This document shows, piece by piece, positions 37,411-47,304 of a DNA stretch of 64,000 nt. The translations under genes and the position numbers were made by a program. Source of the stretch: Deltaproteobacteria bacterium (GTDB taxonomy: Bacteria > Desulfobacterota > Anaeroferrophillalia > Anaeroferrophillales > Tharpellaceae); assembly GCA_016938065.1 (NCBI GenBank), contig JAFGVI010000026.1, positions 13,904 to 77,903 of the forward strand. The letters run 5' to 3'. The notes under the pieces are model-generated. The model was not told the origin of the DNA, searched no databases, and worked only from the letters and a program-made list of their open reading frames with translations. Numbering within the stretch: position 1 is the stretch's first letter; every line of letters starts with the position of its first letter.

Positions 37411-37908
37411 TTATGAACCACAATCTGTGGGATCTCCGGCCAGCTTCTCCAACGCATGCGGCAGTGCCGGCAGGATTACTTCCAGGCACTCGCTTGCAGC
37501 TTTAGGACTGCCGGGGAAATTGACAATCAGGGTCGTTCCGCGAATGCCGGCAACCGCCCTTGAAATCATGGCATGCGGAGTGATCTGCAGACTTGCAGAA
37601 CGCATCGCTTCAGCAAAACCTGGAGCCGGACGCTCAACTACCGCCATGGTAGCCTCCGGAGCCAGATCCCGAGGCGAGAAACCGGTGCCGCCGGTAGTCA
37701 GAATCAGTGAGACCGTGCCGCTGTCACACCACTCAGCAAGTTCTTTTTTAATCTCCTCCGGTTCGTCACTGACAACTTTTTCAGCGACAACAACAAAGTT
37801 GGCCGTCTCCTGCAGGCGCTTGCGCAAAGCCGGTCCACTTACATCCTGACGCTCCCCGCGGGAGCCACGATCACTGATAGTCAGGATGGCTGTGTGATAT
37901 TGCATCAT
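37411..37908 (-). CDS. mog: MogA/MoaB molybdopterin adenylyltransferase
   Basis: LTISDR, D.SG, TTGGTGFSPRD.APEAT, SRAVAG and PGSPK motifs. Confidence 0.9.
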   Translation of the reverse strand: MMQYHTAILTISDRGSRGERQDVSGPALRKRLQETANFVVVAEKVVSDEPEEIKKELAEWCDSGTVSLILTTGGTGFSPRDLAPEATMAVVERPAPGFAEAMRSASLQITPHAMISRAVAGIRGTTLIVNFPGSPKAASECLEVILPALPHALEKLAGDPTDCGS

Positions 37909-39487
37909 CGCTCCCTTTACGCATATATTTATATTCAATCCCGTCAACCAAAGCCTGCCAGCTCGCCTCGATAATATTGGTCGACACCCCTACCGTTCCC
38001 CATTTGTTGCCCTGATCATCTTTCGATTCAATCAAAACCCGGGTAACTGAACTGGTGCCTTTGTCCGATGAAAGGATTCTGACTTTATAATCCTCCAGTT
38101 TGACTTTTTTCAGCTCCGGATAAAATTTTTCCAGGGCTTTGCGCAAAGCGCGATTCAGGGCGTCAACCGGACCTTCCCCGACTGAGGCGGTATGTTCGAT
38201 AACGCCGCCGACTTCAATCATGACCGTAGCCTCGGTCAGAGGAGGACGGTCATGCCTGAATTTATTGACCATGACGCGAAAACCCATAAAAGTGAAGATC
38301 GGCTTATAACTGCCGGTTGTCTTTTTGACCAGCAGTTCAAAGGAAGCTTCCGCCCCCTCGAACTGGAAACCTTTCTCCTCAAGATCTTTGATCCTGCGCA
38401 AGATCTCTTCCGTATCTTCCTGGCTGCCCAGATCAAGATCATACTCTCTGGCTTTATAGACGATATTGCTGCGACCGGAGAGATCGGAAACCAGAACCCG
38501 TCGTTTATTGCCGACCGCTTCCGGATCAATGTGCTCATAGGTCTGGGGATCTTTCTGCACCGCACTGACATGAATGCCGCCCTTATGAGCAAAAGCGCTG
38601 CGACCGACGAAAGGCATGTGTCGACTGTGCCGTTTATTGGCAATCTCATCAACATAACGGGATAATGAAGCAAGCTGAGACAATTTTTCCGGGTTAATAA
38701 TATTGTAACCCATCTTGATCTGGAGATTGGGTATGATTGAAGTCAGATTGGCATTGCCGCAACGTTCACCAAAACCGTTAATGGTTCCCTGCACCTGAGT
38801 AACGCCGTGACGGACCGCCAGCAGAGAACTGGCAACCGCCGTCTCGGAATCGTTGTGAACATGAATGCCTAAAGGGACATCCTTCCCCAGTACCTGACGG
38901 ACCGTATCGATGATGGCCGTAATTTCATCGGGCAGGGTGCCGCCGTTGGTATCGCAGAGAACCAGGCAGTGAGCTCCGCCCTGTTGTGCCGCTTTCAGGG
39001 TTGCCAGAGCATATTCGCGGTTATTTTTAAAACCGTCGAAAAAATGTTCCGCGTCATAAAAGACCTCAGCCATGTATTGCTTTAGAAAAGCCAGGGAATC
39101 TTCAATAACTAACAGATTTTCCGCTAATGTAATATGCAGAGCATTAAGAACATGAAAATCCCAGGCCTTGCCGAAGATGGTTGCCACCTGCACGCCGGAT
39201 TCAACAATCGCTTTAAGATTGAGATCATATTCAGCCTGATTTTCCAGTTTTCGCGTACTGCCGAAGGCCGTAACTCGGGCATTTTTGAGCTTAACTTCTT
39301 TAATTTTGTTGAAGAAGCTGAAATCCTTGGGGTTTGATCCCGGCCACCCGCCTTCGATGTAGTGAATACCGAAGTCATCCAGACGGCGAGCGATTCTGAC
39401 CTTATCATCAGCCAGCAGTGAGATATCCTCAGCCTGAGTTCCATCCCTTAACGTTGTATCATATATTTTTATCATTAGGCACCGCAA
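37871..39487 (-). CDS. cimA: Citramalate synthase (LeuA family)
   Basis: YDTTLRDGTQ, EGGWPGSNPKD, YDAEHFFDG, HVHND and FAHKGGIHVSAV; follows lysC. Confidence 0.9.
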   Translation of the reverse strand: MRCLMIKIYDTTLRDGTQAEDISLLADDKVRIARRLDDFGIHYIEGGWPGSNPKDFSFFNKIKEVKLKNARVTAFGSTRKLENQAEYDLNLKAIVESGVQVATIFGKAWDFHVLNALHITLAENLLVIEDSLAFLKQYMAEVFYDAEHFFDGFKNNREYALATLKAAQQGGAHCLVLCDTNGGTLPDEITAIIDTVRQVLGKDVPLGIHVHNDSETAVASSLLAVRHGVTQVQGTINGFGERCGNANLTSIIPNLQIKMGYNIINPEKLSQLASLSRYVDEIANKRHSRHMPFVGRSAFAHKGGIHVSAVQKDPQTYEHIDPEAVGNKRRVLVSDLSGRSNIVYKAREYDLDLGSQEDTEEILRRIKDLEEKGFQFEGAEASFELLVKKTTGSYKPIFTFMGFRVMVNKFRHDRPPLTEATVMIEVGGVIEHTASVGEGPVDALNRALRKALEKFYPELKKVKLEDYKVRILSSDKGTSSVTRVLIESKDDQGNKWGTVGVSTNIIEASWQALVDGIEYKYMRKGSDDAISHSHPDYQ

Positions 39488-39517
39488 AAATTAGTCAGTC
39501 ATCCGCCCTGCAAACCA

Positions 39518-40750
39518 TCAGCTCTCGTTTTTGCTCTCTTCAGCCAGATCAAACTCCTGATGCAGAACCCTTACCGCCAATTCCGTATATTTTTCAGCAA
39601 TAACACAGGAGACTTTGATCTCAGATGTACTGATCATCATGATATTTATATTTTCCCGAGCCAGAGCAGCAAACATACGCCCGGCAACATTGGCATGGGT
39701 CCGCATGCCGATACCGACAATTGAAACCTTGGCAATATTTTTATCACCATTGATCTCACGTGCCCCGATTTCCCGATTAACCTCGCGCAGTGACGCCAGA
39801 GCGTGATCGTAATCAAGTTTAGGTACAGTGAAGGTCAGATCAGTCAAGCCTTCAGCTGAGATATTCTGAATGATCATATCGACAACAATGCCTTGAGCCG
39901 CAATTGCCGTAAAAATTGAAGCGGCAATACCGGGACGATCCGGAATGCCGCAAATTGTAATTTTAGCCTCATTTTTGTTATAGGCGACACCGGAAACGAT
40001 GGCTTTTTCCATACCTTCTTCCTCCTTGCAGACAATGGTTCCCTGAGTAGTGGTAAAACTCGAACGAACATGGATGGGGATGCCGTGCTTTTTGGCAAAT
40101 TCTACTGAACGAATCTGTAAAACTTTGGCTCCGAGACTGGCCAGCTCAAGCATTTCATCATAAGATATTTTATCCAGTTTACGGGCCTGATCACAGATAT
40201 TGGGATCGGTCGTATAGATGCCGTCGACATCAGTATAAATTTCGCAGACATCCGCCTGCAGCGCTGCGGCAATGGCAACCGCGCTGGTGTCTGAACCGCC
40301 GCGACCCAGGGTGGTGATGTTGCCGTTCTCATCCACCCCCTGAAAACCGGCAACCACCACGATCTGCCCCTGCTGTAAAGATTTTTTAATGCGGTCGCCA
40401 TCAATATCGATAATGCGCGCGCGGCTGAAATCGTTGTCGGTACGGATACAAACCTGCGAGCCCAGATAGGAGATCGCTTTTTCTCCCAGGGTTTCGATCG
40501 CCATCGCCATCAGGGCAACCGAAACCTGCTCTCCGGAAGAGAGCAGAACGTCATGCTCACGACGATTATGTTCAGGATCGATCTCATTAGCCAGATTGAT
40601 CAGGCGGTCGGTCTCACCGGACATCGCTGACAAAACCACCACAACCTGATTATCCTCTTTTCTGGTGGCCACCGCTCGCCGCGCCACATTCATGATTCTC
40701 TCTATCGATCCAACCGAAGTACCACCATATTTCTGTATGACTAATCCCAT
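39518..40750 (-). CDS. lysC: Aspartate kinase
   Basis: QKYGGTSVG, TTLGRGGSDT and YTDVDG; two ACT domains (STSEIKVS). Confidence 0.95.
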   Translation of the reverse strand: MGLVIQKYGGTSVGSIERIMNVARRAVATRKEDNQVVVVLSAMSGETDRLINLANEIDPEHNRREHDVLLSSGEQVSVALMAMAIETLGEKAISYLGSQVCIRTDNDFSRARIIDIDGDRIKKSLQQGQIVVVAGFQGVDENGNITTLGRGGSDTSAVAIAAALQADVCEIYTDVDGIYTTDPNICDQARKLDKISYDEMLELASLGAKVLQIRSVEFAKKHGIPIHVRSSFTTTQGTIVCKEEEGMEKAIVSGVAYNKNEAKITICGIPDRPGIAASIFTAIAAQGIVVDMIIQNISAEGLTDLTFTVPKLDYDHALASLREVNREIGAREINGDKNIAKVSIVGIGMRTHANVAGRMFAALARENINIMMISTSEIKVSCVIAEKYTELAVRVLHQEFDLAEESKNES

Positions 40751-40782
40751 CTTGAAAAAACGCTACCCTCTCATGTTTGATA

Positions 40783-40791
40783 ATTATAACA
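40783..40791 (-). promoter_or_regulatory. Extended -10 promoter upstream of lysC
   Basis: TG-T-TATAAT on the minus strand, about 33 nt before the ATG. Confidence 0.6.
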
Positions 40792-40847
40792 ATGCGGTTT
40801 ACGACCATGCTTGCAGGTTTCTGCAAGTTAAGGTTCTCTCCAGTAAT

Positions 40848-40914
40848 TAAAGCACCGAAACCCGGAGAGAAAGCCAAAAATAAAAAACTTTGTCTCCAGA
40901 ATCTCGGTGCTTTA
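40848..40914. repeat. Long intergenic inverted repeat
   Basis: TAAAGCACCGA/TCGGTGCTTTA (11/11) enclosing GGAGAGAAAG/CTTTGTCTCC (9/10). Confidence 0.8.
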
Positions 40915-40968
40915 CAATCAGACTTGCCAGCGACTGAAAATTTAAATTTCCGACTCAGCGATTTTGCT

Positions 40969-42045
40969 TTATCCGGAAACTTTAATGGTATCAATCCAGT
41001 TATTGGTATCAGCCCTGGTTCCGTATTGAATGCCGGTTATTTCGTTGAAGAGTTTCTGCGAAAGTTCTCCGACTACGCCATGGTTGATAACGGCGCTGTC
41101 CTCTTTGTAATGGATGGAGCCGACCGGTGAAATGACCGCTGCGGTACCTGTACCGAACATCTCCTGTAAACGGCCGTTTTTGCCGGCCTGCATGACTTCG
41201 TCGATGCTGATCTGTTTTTCCAGCACAGGAATATGCCACTGTTCTAGAATCTTGATGGTTGAATCACGGGTCACGCCGGGCAGAATGCTGCCGTTCAGCG
41301 GAGGCGTGATGACTTGATCGTCAATCTTCACCATGATATTCATCGTGCCGACCTCTTCCAGCCACTTGAGTTCGTGAGCATCAAGCCAGAGTACTTGCGT
41401 AAAACCCTTTTCTTTGGCCCTTACGGCCGCCAGCAGGCTGGCGGCATAGTTGCCGGGAGTTTTGATCTCACCGATACCGCCGCGCACGGCCCGGACAAAC
41501 TGATCTTCCACCATAATTTTTACTGGATTGAATCCTTCAGCATAGTAGGCTCCTACCGGAGAGAGGATGATCATCAGTTTATAGGTGTGAGAAGGACGAA
41601 CTCCCAGAAACTGATCTGTCGCGAAAATAAACGGCCGAATATAAAGGGCCGTACCCAGCGCTGAAGGAACCCAGGCATTGTCGATTTCAAGCAGTTTTTT
41701 CAACCCGGCAAGCAACTCTTCCACATCAATTTCCGGAATACAGACCCTTCTGGCCGAGTTATTAAAACGCCGGAAATGGTCACGGGCGCGAAAAAGATTG
41801 ATATTGCCATCCGCGGCTCGAAAAGCTTTCATCCCTTCAAAGATCGCCTGACCGTAATGCAGAGCCATCATTGAAGGCTCGAATTGAACCGGACCATAAG
41901 GCTCAATACGGATATCGTGCCAGCCCTGCTCCAGATTGTAATCCATAACCAGCATATGATCGGTAAAATGCACCCCGAAACCGAGAGCGTCAGAGGCCGG
42001 AATTTGTTTTCGATTTTTACTTAGATTGACTGAGATGTTCGCCAT
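40969..42045 (-). CDS. ilvE: Branched-chain amino acid aminotransferase
   Basis: FTDHM, LHYGQAIFEGMKA, LYIRP, KTPGNYA, EEVGTMN, ILPGVTRDS and GTAAVISP. Confidence 0.96.
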   Translation of the reverse strand: MANISVNLSKNRKQIPASDALGFGVHFTDHMLVMDYNLEQGWHDIRIEPYGPVQFEPSMMALHYGQAIFEGMKAFRAADGNINLFRARDHFRRFNNSARRVCIPEIDVEELLAGLKKLLEIDNAWVPSALGTALYIRPFIFATDQFLGVRPSHTYKLMIILSPVGAYYAEGFNPVKIMVEDQFVRAVRGGIGEIKTPGNYAASLLAAVRAKEKGFTQVLWLDAHELKWLEEVGTMNIMVKIDDQVITPPLNGSILPGVTRDSTIKILEQWHIPVLEKQISIDEVMQAGKNGRLQEMFGTGTAAVISPVGSIHYKEDSAVINHGVVGELSQKLFNEITGIQYGTRADTNNWIDTIKVSG

Positions 42046-42079
42046 TGTTTGATCCTTGTACACGATAGATTTATAATTT

Positions 42080-42274
42080 TTAGAGTGCCGCCATAACAAT
42101 CCGGTGTTTAAGCAGGTCCATCTCCTTGATTGTCGCTTGAACTGTCAGACGATCTCCAAAGAGCCCAACCAGCTCCACCCCGCCTTCCTCTAAAGGGGTA
42201 ATCAGCGAAACATCTTCCATAAGAAGTTTTTCACCGCCAGCCTGATCGATAAGATAAGCATTTGATTGGCACAT
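42080..42274 (-). CDS. cooT: CooT family nickel-binding protein
   Basis: MC.SNAY, LMEDV, LFG and D...H.I pattern; GGAG/AAGG RBS. Confidence 0.85.
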   Translation of the reverse strand: MCQSNAYLIDQAGGEKLLMEDVSLITPLEEGGVELVGLFGDRLTVQATIKEMDLLKHRIVMAAL

Positions 42275-42528
42275 AGTCCTTCAACTCCGTTTAATAAGTT
42301 ACAATTTTCAGGCGGTTTACACTGCCGGGCTGATGTTTTAAACGTTTTTCTTTATCACATCGGATTAGTTTAGTGCAAGCTTTGAGAAGCGCCAGGCTTT
42401 AAAATTTTATCGGCGGCGACAAGCGTTATCCGACACCGCCCGCGTTAGAGGTTGACAGCACCATAATAATCAAATAAAAAGAGGGAAATAGATAACATTA
42501 ACGATACATAGATGCCCTTGGGTTGCCA

Positions 42529-43866
42529 ATGTTCAAAACCGCAGTTATTAATCTTGGTTGTCCGAAAAATGAGGTTGATGCCGAAAAACTTGTCTACCTC
42601 CTCTTGAAAGCGGGCTTTCCTCTTGTCACAGAACCGGAAGCTGCGGAAGTAATCATTGTCAACACCTGTGCTTTTATTCAACCAGCGGTCGAAGAAGCCG
42701 TCAACACGATTTTGCAACTTGCCGCATTCAAGGATAGCGGGCTTTGCCGACTCCTGGTCGTCTGCGGTTGTCTGCCACAAAGATACGGGGTTTCGCTGGC
42801 TCAGGAGATACCTGAAATCGACCTTCTGTTCGGAACTGCCGATTTCCATAAAATACCCGATGCGATAAAAAATTTTTCCCCCTCCCCCACTTCTGCTCAT
42901 CGGGCCGGCCTTATCACCCAACCCGACTACAGTTATCTGCACTCCGTGCCGCAGCACATTACGCCGCCTAACGCCTACAGTTATCTTAAAATTTCCGAAG
43001 GCTGCAACAATTGTTGCTCTTACTGCATGATACCATTCATCAAAGGACCGCAGCAGAGTGTGCCGCTTGCGACTCTTTTAACCCAGGCCCGCCGGATGAT
43101 AGCCGACGGTGTCTGCGAAATCAATCTGGTGGCTCAGGATATTACCGCCTACGGCAATGACCTTCCCGGAAAACCTCAACTTACGGAGCTGCTCAAAAAT
43201 TTACTTGAAATACCTTTTCTCGGCCGTCTCAGACTGCTCTATGCCTACCCTCACCGAATAACTCCGGCATTGATTGATTTGCTCGCCCGCGAAAAGCAGC
43301 TCTGCAACTATATCGATATTCCGATTCAACATATCAGCGATCCAATATTAACAGCCATGGGACGCCATGCGCGGGCTGAGGATATACGCTATACCCTGGA
43401 AACCATGAAAAACAGGATTCCTGATCTTTTTTTACGCAGCACCGTCATTGTCGGCTTTCCCGGTGAGAGTGATGACGATTTCAAAAAACTGCAGAATTTT
43501 ATCAATGAAGGTTTTTTTGACTACCTTGGTGTTTTTGCTTACTGGCCCGAGGAAGGCAGCCGGGCGGCCCAGTTTTCCAAGCAGATTCCCGAGGCGTTGA
43601 AAGAGGAGCGTTTACAGGCTATACTGGAAATTCAGCAGGGCCTGACGGAAAAACGTCTGCAGGCTGAAATCGGCAGAACCAGAGAAGTCCTGATTGAGGG
43701 TCTCAGCCAGGAGAGCGATCTTCTTCTGCAGGGAAGAACTGCCTTCCAGGCTCCGGAGATCGACGGAGTGACCTATATCACAGAAGGCGATGCCGCTCCC
43801 GGCACACTGGTCGATGTCGAAATTCATGACTGCCATGAATTTGATCTTTTTGCCCGCATCAAATAG
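42529..43866 (+). CDS. rimO: Ribosomal protein S12 methylthiotransferase
   Basis: LGCPKN.VD, NTCAFI, EGCNNCCSYC, GFPGE and APEIDG (TRAM domain). Confidence 0.95.
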   Translation: MFKTAVINLGCPKNEVDAEKLVYLLLKAGFPLVTEPEAAEVIIVNTCAFIQPAVEEAVNTILQLAAFKDSGLCRLLVVCGCLPQRYGVSLAQEIPEIDLLFGTADFHKIPDAIKNFSPSPTSAHRAGLITQPDYSYLHSVPQHITPPNAYSYLKISEGCNNCCSYCMIPFIKGPQQSVPLATLLTQARRMIADGVCEINLVAQDITAYGNDLPGKPQLTELLKNLLEIPFLGRLRLLYAYPHRITPALIDLLAREKQLCNYIDIPIQHISDPILTAMGRHARAEDIRYTLETMKNRIPDLFLRSTVIVGFPGESDDDFKKLQNFINEGFFDYLGVFAYWPEEGSRAAQFSKQIPEALKEERLQAILEIQQGLTEKRLQAEIGRTREVLIEGLSQESDLLLQGRTAFQAPEIDGVTYITEGDAAPGTLVDVEIHDCHEFDLFARIK

Positions 43867-43924
43867 CTCATCGATCAGCTTTCCCGGACCGGTGCCTGGC
43901 ATGAAAATAGCTTACTGATTACTT

Positions 43925-44668
43925 ATGTCAAATTTTGCTTATACCGAATTAACAGATGGAAAACAGGCCATTTTTGTCGATGATGAGTTTCTGCATCAGG
44001 TAAAAGTCTTGCGACAGCGTCCCGGGGATCAGATAAATTTTCTTGACGGTCGGGGCGGAGCCTATCAGGGGAAGATCAGCAAGATTGACAACCAGAAAAA
44101 AACATTAGCGGTTGAGATCACTGAATATACAGGATTTCCTCAGCCATTGCCCCTACAACTTCTGGTCGCCCTGCCGAAAGCAGCTAAAATCGATGCAATT
44201 ATTCAGAAAGCAGTTGAACTGGGTGTCTCCCGCATAACCCCTCTACTGACCGCCAGAACAATCGTGCGCATTGATTCACTGGAGAAACAGGAATCCCGTC
44301 ATCAGCATTGGCGAAATATTGCAGTTGCCAGCCTCAAGCAGTCCGGCGGCCCATATCTGCCGGTCATAGACCAGCCGACAAAGCTTATTGATCTTGATGG
44401 GATTAACCCTGCAGATTCTTCTATCGATAAAATAGTTTTTCACCCTCAAGCATCTCAACATTTTGCAGATACCGTGTGTCACCTCAACAAAGAGGCGGCT
44501 ACCGCGCTGCTGCTGGGGCCGGAAGGTGGTTTAAGCGAGGAGGAGATCGACTGTCTGACTCGGAAGGGCTATATGGCCAGCAGCCTGGGAAAACGGATTT
44601 TACGTCTTGAAACCGCAGTTGTCACAGCTCTTACTCTCGTGCAGTTTATTAAACGTAATCTTTGTTGA
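43925..44668 (+). CDS. rsmE: 16S rRNA m3U1498 methyltransferase
   Basis: QKAVELGV, GPEGG and LG.RILRLETA motifs. Confidence 0.93.
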   Translation: MSNFAYTELTDGKQAIFVDDEFLHQVKVLRQRPGDQINFLDGRGGAYQGKISKIDNQKKTLAVEITEYTGFPQPLPLQLLVALPKAAKIDAIIQKAVELGVSRITPLLTARTIVRIDSLEKQESRHQHWRNIAVASLKQSGGPYLPVIDQPTKLIDLDGINPADSSIDKIVFHPQASQHFADTVCHLNKEAATALLLGPEGGLSEEEIDCLTRKGYMASSLGKRILRLETAVVTALTLVQFIKRNLC

Positions 44669-44715
44669 ACACTCACCAATTTTTTTGTTTTACGCGACTT
44701 GACCAGGAGTTTTTT

Positions 44716-45432
44716 ATGAAGTGTCCTAAATGCGGGTATACCAGTTTTGACTATTTGCGGCAGTGCAAAAAATGCGGGGAAAGTCTCGATGAAAGCCGAC
44801 AGGCTCTAAATCTCAAGATGGGTGAACCAACCCTTTTTGCCGGACTGAAAGATGAACCTGCAAAAAAAACAGCTCTGACGCAAAAATCCAGCCACCCTTC
44901 CAATCCGGCTACGGTTTCTCCTCCTGATACGTCGACGCTTTTGACCAAATCTTCCGCTTTAACCTCTGCCGTAGAGCCAGCCTCAGCAAAAAACGGCGAG
45001 GCTGCTGTTTCCGGACTTGGTTTACTGGGCAATATGGAGAGTATACAACCCCGCCCCAACAGGAAATCCGGCATTGACGATTTACCGAATATAGAACTGG
45101 GAGAAAGCATAGCCGAACTTGATGGTTTAGAATTGACCCCAGATTTCAATGCCGACAGCAAGAGCGCCAAAGCCCCGGAAAATCAGGAAAAGAATAAATC
45201 AAAATTCGAATTGTTCGAAGTCGATGAGATCGCGGAAATTGTCGCACCCCGAAAAGAAAATATCCTGCAGGAAGATATCCCTTTTGAATTTTCGGCGAGT
45301 AATCTTGAGGAAATGAATCTTCCCAGTTCAGGCTCGGAACTTAATGATAAAGATCTGATTGAACTGGAGCTTGATATGGAAGACGATGAGAGTCTGGATC
45401 AGATCCTGGCCGACCTGCAGGCCAGAGAATGA
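44716..45432 (+). CDS. Hypothetical protein: N-terminal double-CxxC zinc ribbon plus acidic low-complexity region
   Basis: AGGAG RBS; MKCPKCGYTSFDYLRQCKKCG; D/E-rich C-terminus. Confidence 0.8.
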   Translation: MKCPKCGYTSFDYLRQCKKCGESLDESRQALNLKMGEPTLFAGLKDEPAKKTALTQKSSHPSNPATVSPPDTSTLLTKSSALTSAVEPASAKNGEAAVSGLGLLGNMESIQPRPNRKSGIDDLPNIELGESIAELDGLELTPDFNADSKSAKAPENQEKNKSKFELFEVDEIAEIVAPRKENILQEDIPFEFSASNLEEMNLPSSGSELNDKDLIELELDMEDDESLDQILADLQARE

Positions 45433-45474
45433 AAAAGGGAGACAGGGCCTGCGCCTTGTCTCCCCGATTATTTT
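45432..45474. terminator. Probably bidirectional intrinsic terminator
   Basis: AAAAA-GGGAGACAGGGC-ctgc-GCCTTGTCTCCC between convergent genes. Confidence 0.7.
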
Positions 45475-45560
45475 ATGCTTTTTCCTATCTGCAGGCATCG
45501 ATCATCGTCGAGTGGTCGTTTTTCTTTTATCCTAACGACTGCCCTCCCATGTTCTGCACG

Positions 45561-46604
45561 CTACTGCGGGCCTGATGAGCTTGAAAGAGAGTTAATCCCC
45601 GCGGCTATCGCATCCAGTCCAGCACTTCCGCCGCAGTTCTCATTCTGTTGCGCCCAGGCTTCAGCCACGGAATCAGCTATGCGATAACGCAAAAAACGTT
45701 CGCCTTCGGGCCCGGAGAAAACTTTTGCCGTAGCTTCAATCTGCATCGCTTCAGCTTTTGCCTTACTGCGCACCAGCATCACCTCAGCTTTAATAGTCTC
45801 CGCCGTAACCCAATTTTTTGCTGCAGTTATTTGCGCTTCCGACGCCATAATGACGCTCTCTTTACGTGCCTCAGCCTCCTGCAAAGCAGCCAGTTTCCGA
45901 CCTTTAGCCGCCTCTTCCGCCTCCTGGGCGGCGACGATCGCCGCTTTCACTCTGACTTTATTGACCGCAATAGCTGCTTCCGCTTTTTTAATCTCTTCTA
46001 CCTTCTTCAGTAAGGCATCCGAAAAATTAAATTTATTGATTTTAAAAACAGTCAGCTCAAGACCCCGTTCAGCCAGCTGCTGATTGACCTCTTTTTTTAC
46101 AGACTCAAGATATTCAGTCTGTACCTGACCGTCCAGAAAAGTTTCGGCGGCGTAGTATGCAGCCCGTTCCTTAATCGTCGTTGTCGTGATTTCTGTTACC
46201 AGTTTATCAATATCGCCACCCCCGACACTGGCCAGACACAGACCCGCCTGCGCAGGAATAATACGATACCAGGTCGTAAAATCAGCGCTAACCGTATCAC
46301 CCTCTTTAGTCGTTAGCTTCAAACCTGAATTTTCACCACTGTCGGGATCAGATAAAGTCAGTTCTTTTTCACTGACCGCGATCCGGGCCAGGGTTGTCGT
46401 GATCGGGTTATAACCAGAGATGAACCAATAATGTTTTCCGGGGGCCAGAACGGTTAAATTAGCCCCCGCTTCAGTTTTACCAGTCATCACGACACCACGC
46501 TGATCGGCATCAATAACCGGGGCGAAATAGTAGCTTGCGGCAATCAAACCTGCCCCGCCTAAAACTACAACCAGCCCCACCAGCACTTTAATAACTCTGC
46601 TCAT
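45561..46604 (-). CDS. SPFH/Band 7 domain membrane protein with Ala/Glu-rich coiled coil
   Basis: N-terminal TM, RGVV, L.PG.H, TKEG..V..D....YRI and AEA-rich repeats. Confidence 0.75.
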   Translation of the reverse strand: MSRVIKVLVGLVVVLGGAGLIAASYYFAPVIDADQRGVVMTGKTEAGANLTVLAPGKHYWFISGYNPITTTLARIAVSEKELTLSDPDSGENSGLKLTTKEGDTVSADFTTWYRIIPAQAGLCLASVGGGDIDKLVTEITTTTIKERAAYYAAETFLDGQVQTEYLESVKKEVNQQLAERGLELTVFKINKFNFSDALLKKVEEIKKAEAAIAVNKVRVKAAIVAAQEAEEAAKGRKLAALQEAEARKESVIMASEAQITAAKNWVTAETIKAEVMLVRSKAKAEAMQIEATAKVFSGPEGERFLRYRIADSVAEAWAQQNENCGGSAGLDAIAAGINSLSSSSGPQ

Positions 46605-46689
46605 AATCGATATATCCTTGATAAATATTGAAGAGACAAGTTCCTCTTAGCAAATCATCCCGTCTTCCGTCAACCTTTTCACGTTTATT

Positions 46690-47286
46690 TCAGATTTTTC
46701 CTTTTCCCTGGCGTACAACCTCATACTCATCTCCGGTTAAATCGATAATCGTTGATGATTCTGAGTCGATACTGCCGGCATCAAAAAGATAGCTGACCTC
46801 ATTTTGAAAGATATTCTTCAGAGACAAGACTGAATCACCCTGATTTGAAAAATCTTTAACGCTGACCGCCAGTAAAGCCGTGCCGAGTTCTGCGGTGATC
46901 CGCAGGCAAGCCGGATGTTGCGGAATTCTCACACCGACGGTTCGGCGTTTGGTGAGCACCATTTTAGGTACCAGACGGGAAGCTGAGAGGATAAAGGTAT
47001 AGGGCCCGGGAAGCAGATTCTTCATCATGCGATACGACGGATTGCTGACATTCGCATAGAGACTGATATCTTTTAAATCAGCGCACAAAAGCGTGATCTT
47101 CTTTTCATGCCGGCCGGTTTTCAAAGCATAAAGATTACTGATGCCTTTCTTACTGGCCAACGAGCAGACCGCGGCATAGTTGGTATCGGTCGGAATGATC
47201 GCCAGTTCACCCTGGCTTAAGGCCGCCAGAACCTGATGCAACTGGCGGGCTTTGGGCAAACCATCATATAGCTGAAGAATATCCAT
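46690..47286 (-). CDS. Sua5/YciO/YrdC family protein (YciO-like)
   Basis: PTDT.Y, K.R, LPGPYTFIL, TVGVRIP, STIIDL and RQGKG motifs. Confidence 0.88.
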   Translation of the reverse strand: MDILQLYDGLPKARQLHQVLAALSQGELAIIPTDTNYAAVCSLASKKGISNLYALKTGRHEKKITLLCADLKDISLYANVSNPSYRMMKNLLPGPYTFILSASRLVPKMVLTKRRTVGVRIPQHPACLRITAELGTALLAVSVKDFSNQGDSVLSLKNIFQNEVSYLFDAGSIDSESSTIIDLTGDEYEVVRQGKGKI

Positions 47287-47304
47287 CCCTGAAAAATCAA
47301 CCCT

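Noticed and set aside
37871..37908. 38-bp cimA/mog overlap as a recoding signal
   Set aside because: Ordinary overlap; mog has its own GGAG RBS and both frames are intact
40751..40968. Lysine riboswitch upstream of aspartate kinase
   Set aside because: No AGAGG.GC opening motif or multi-stem layout; predicted promoter is only ~33 nt from the ATG
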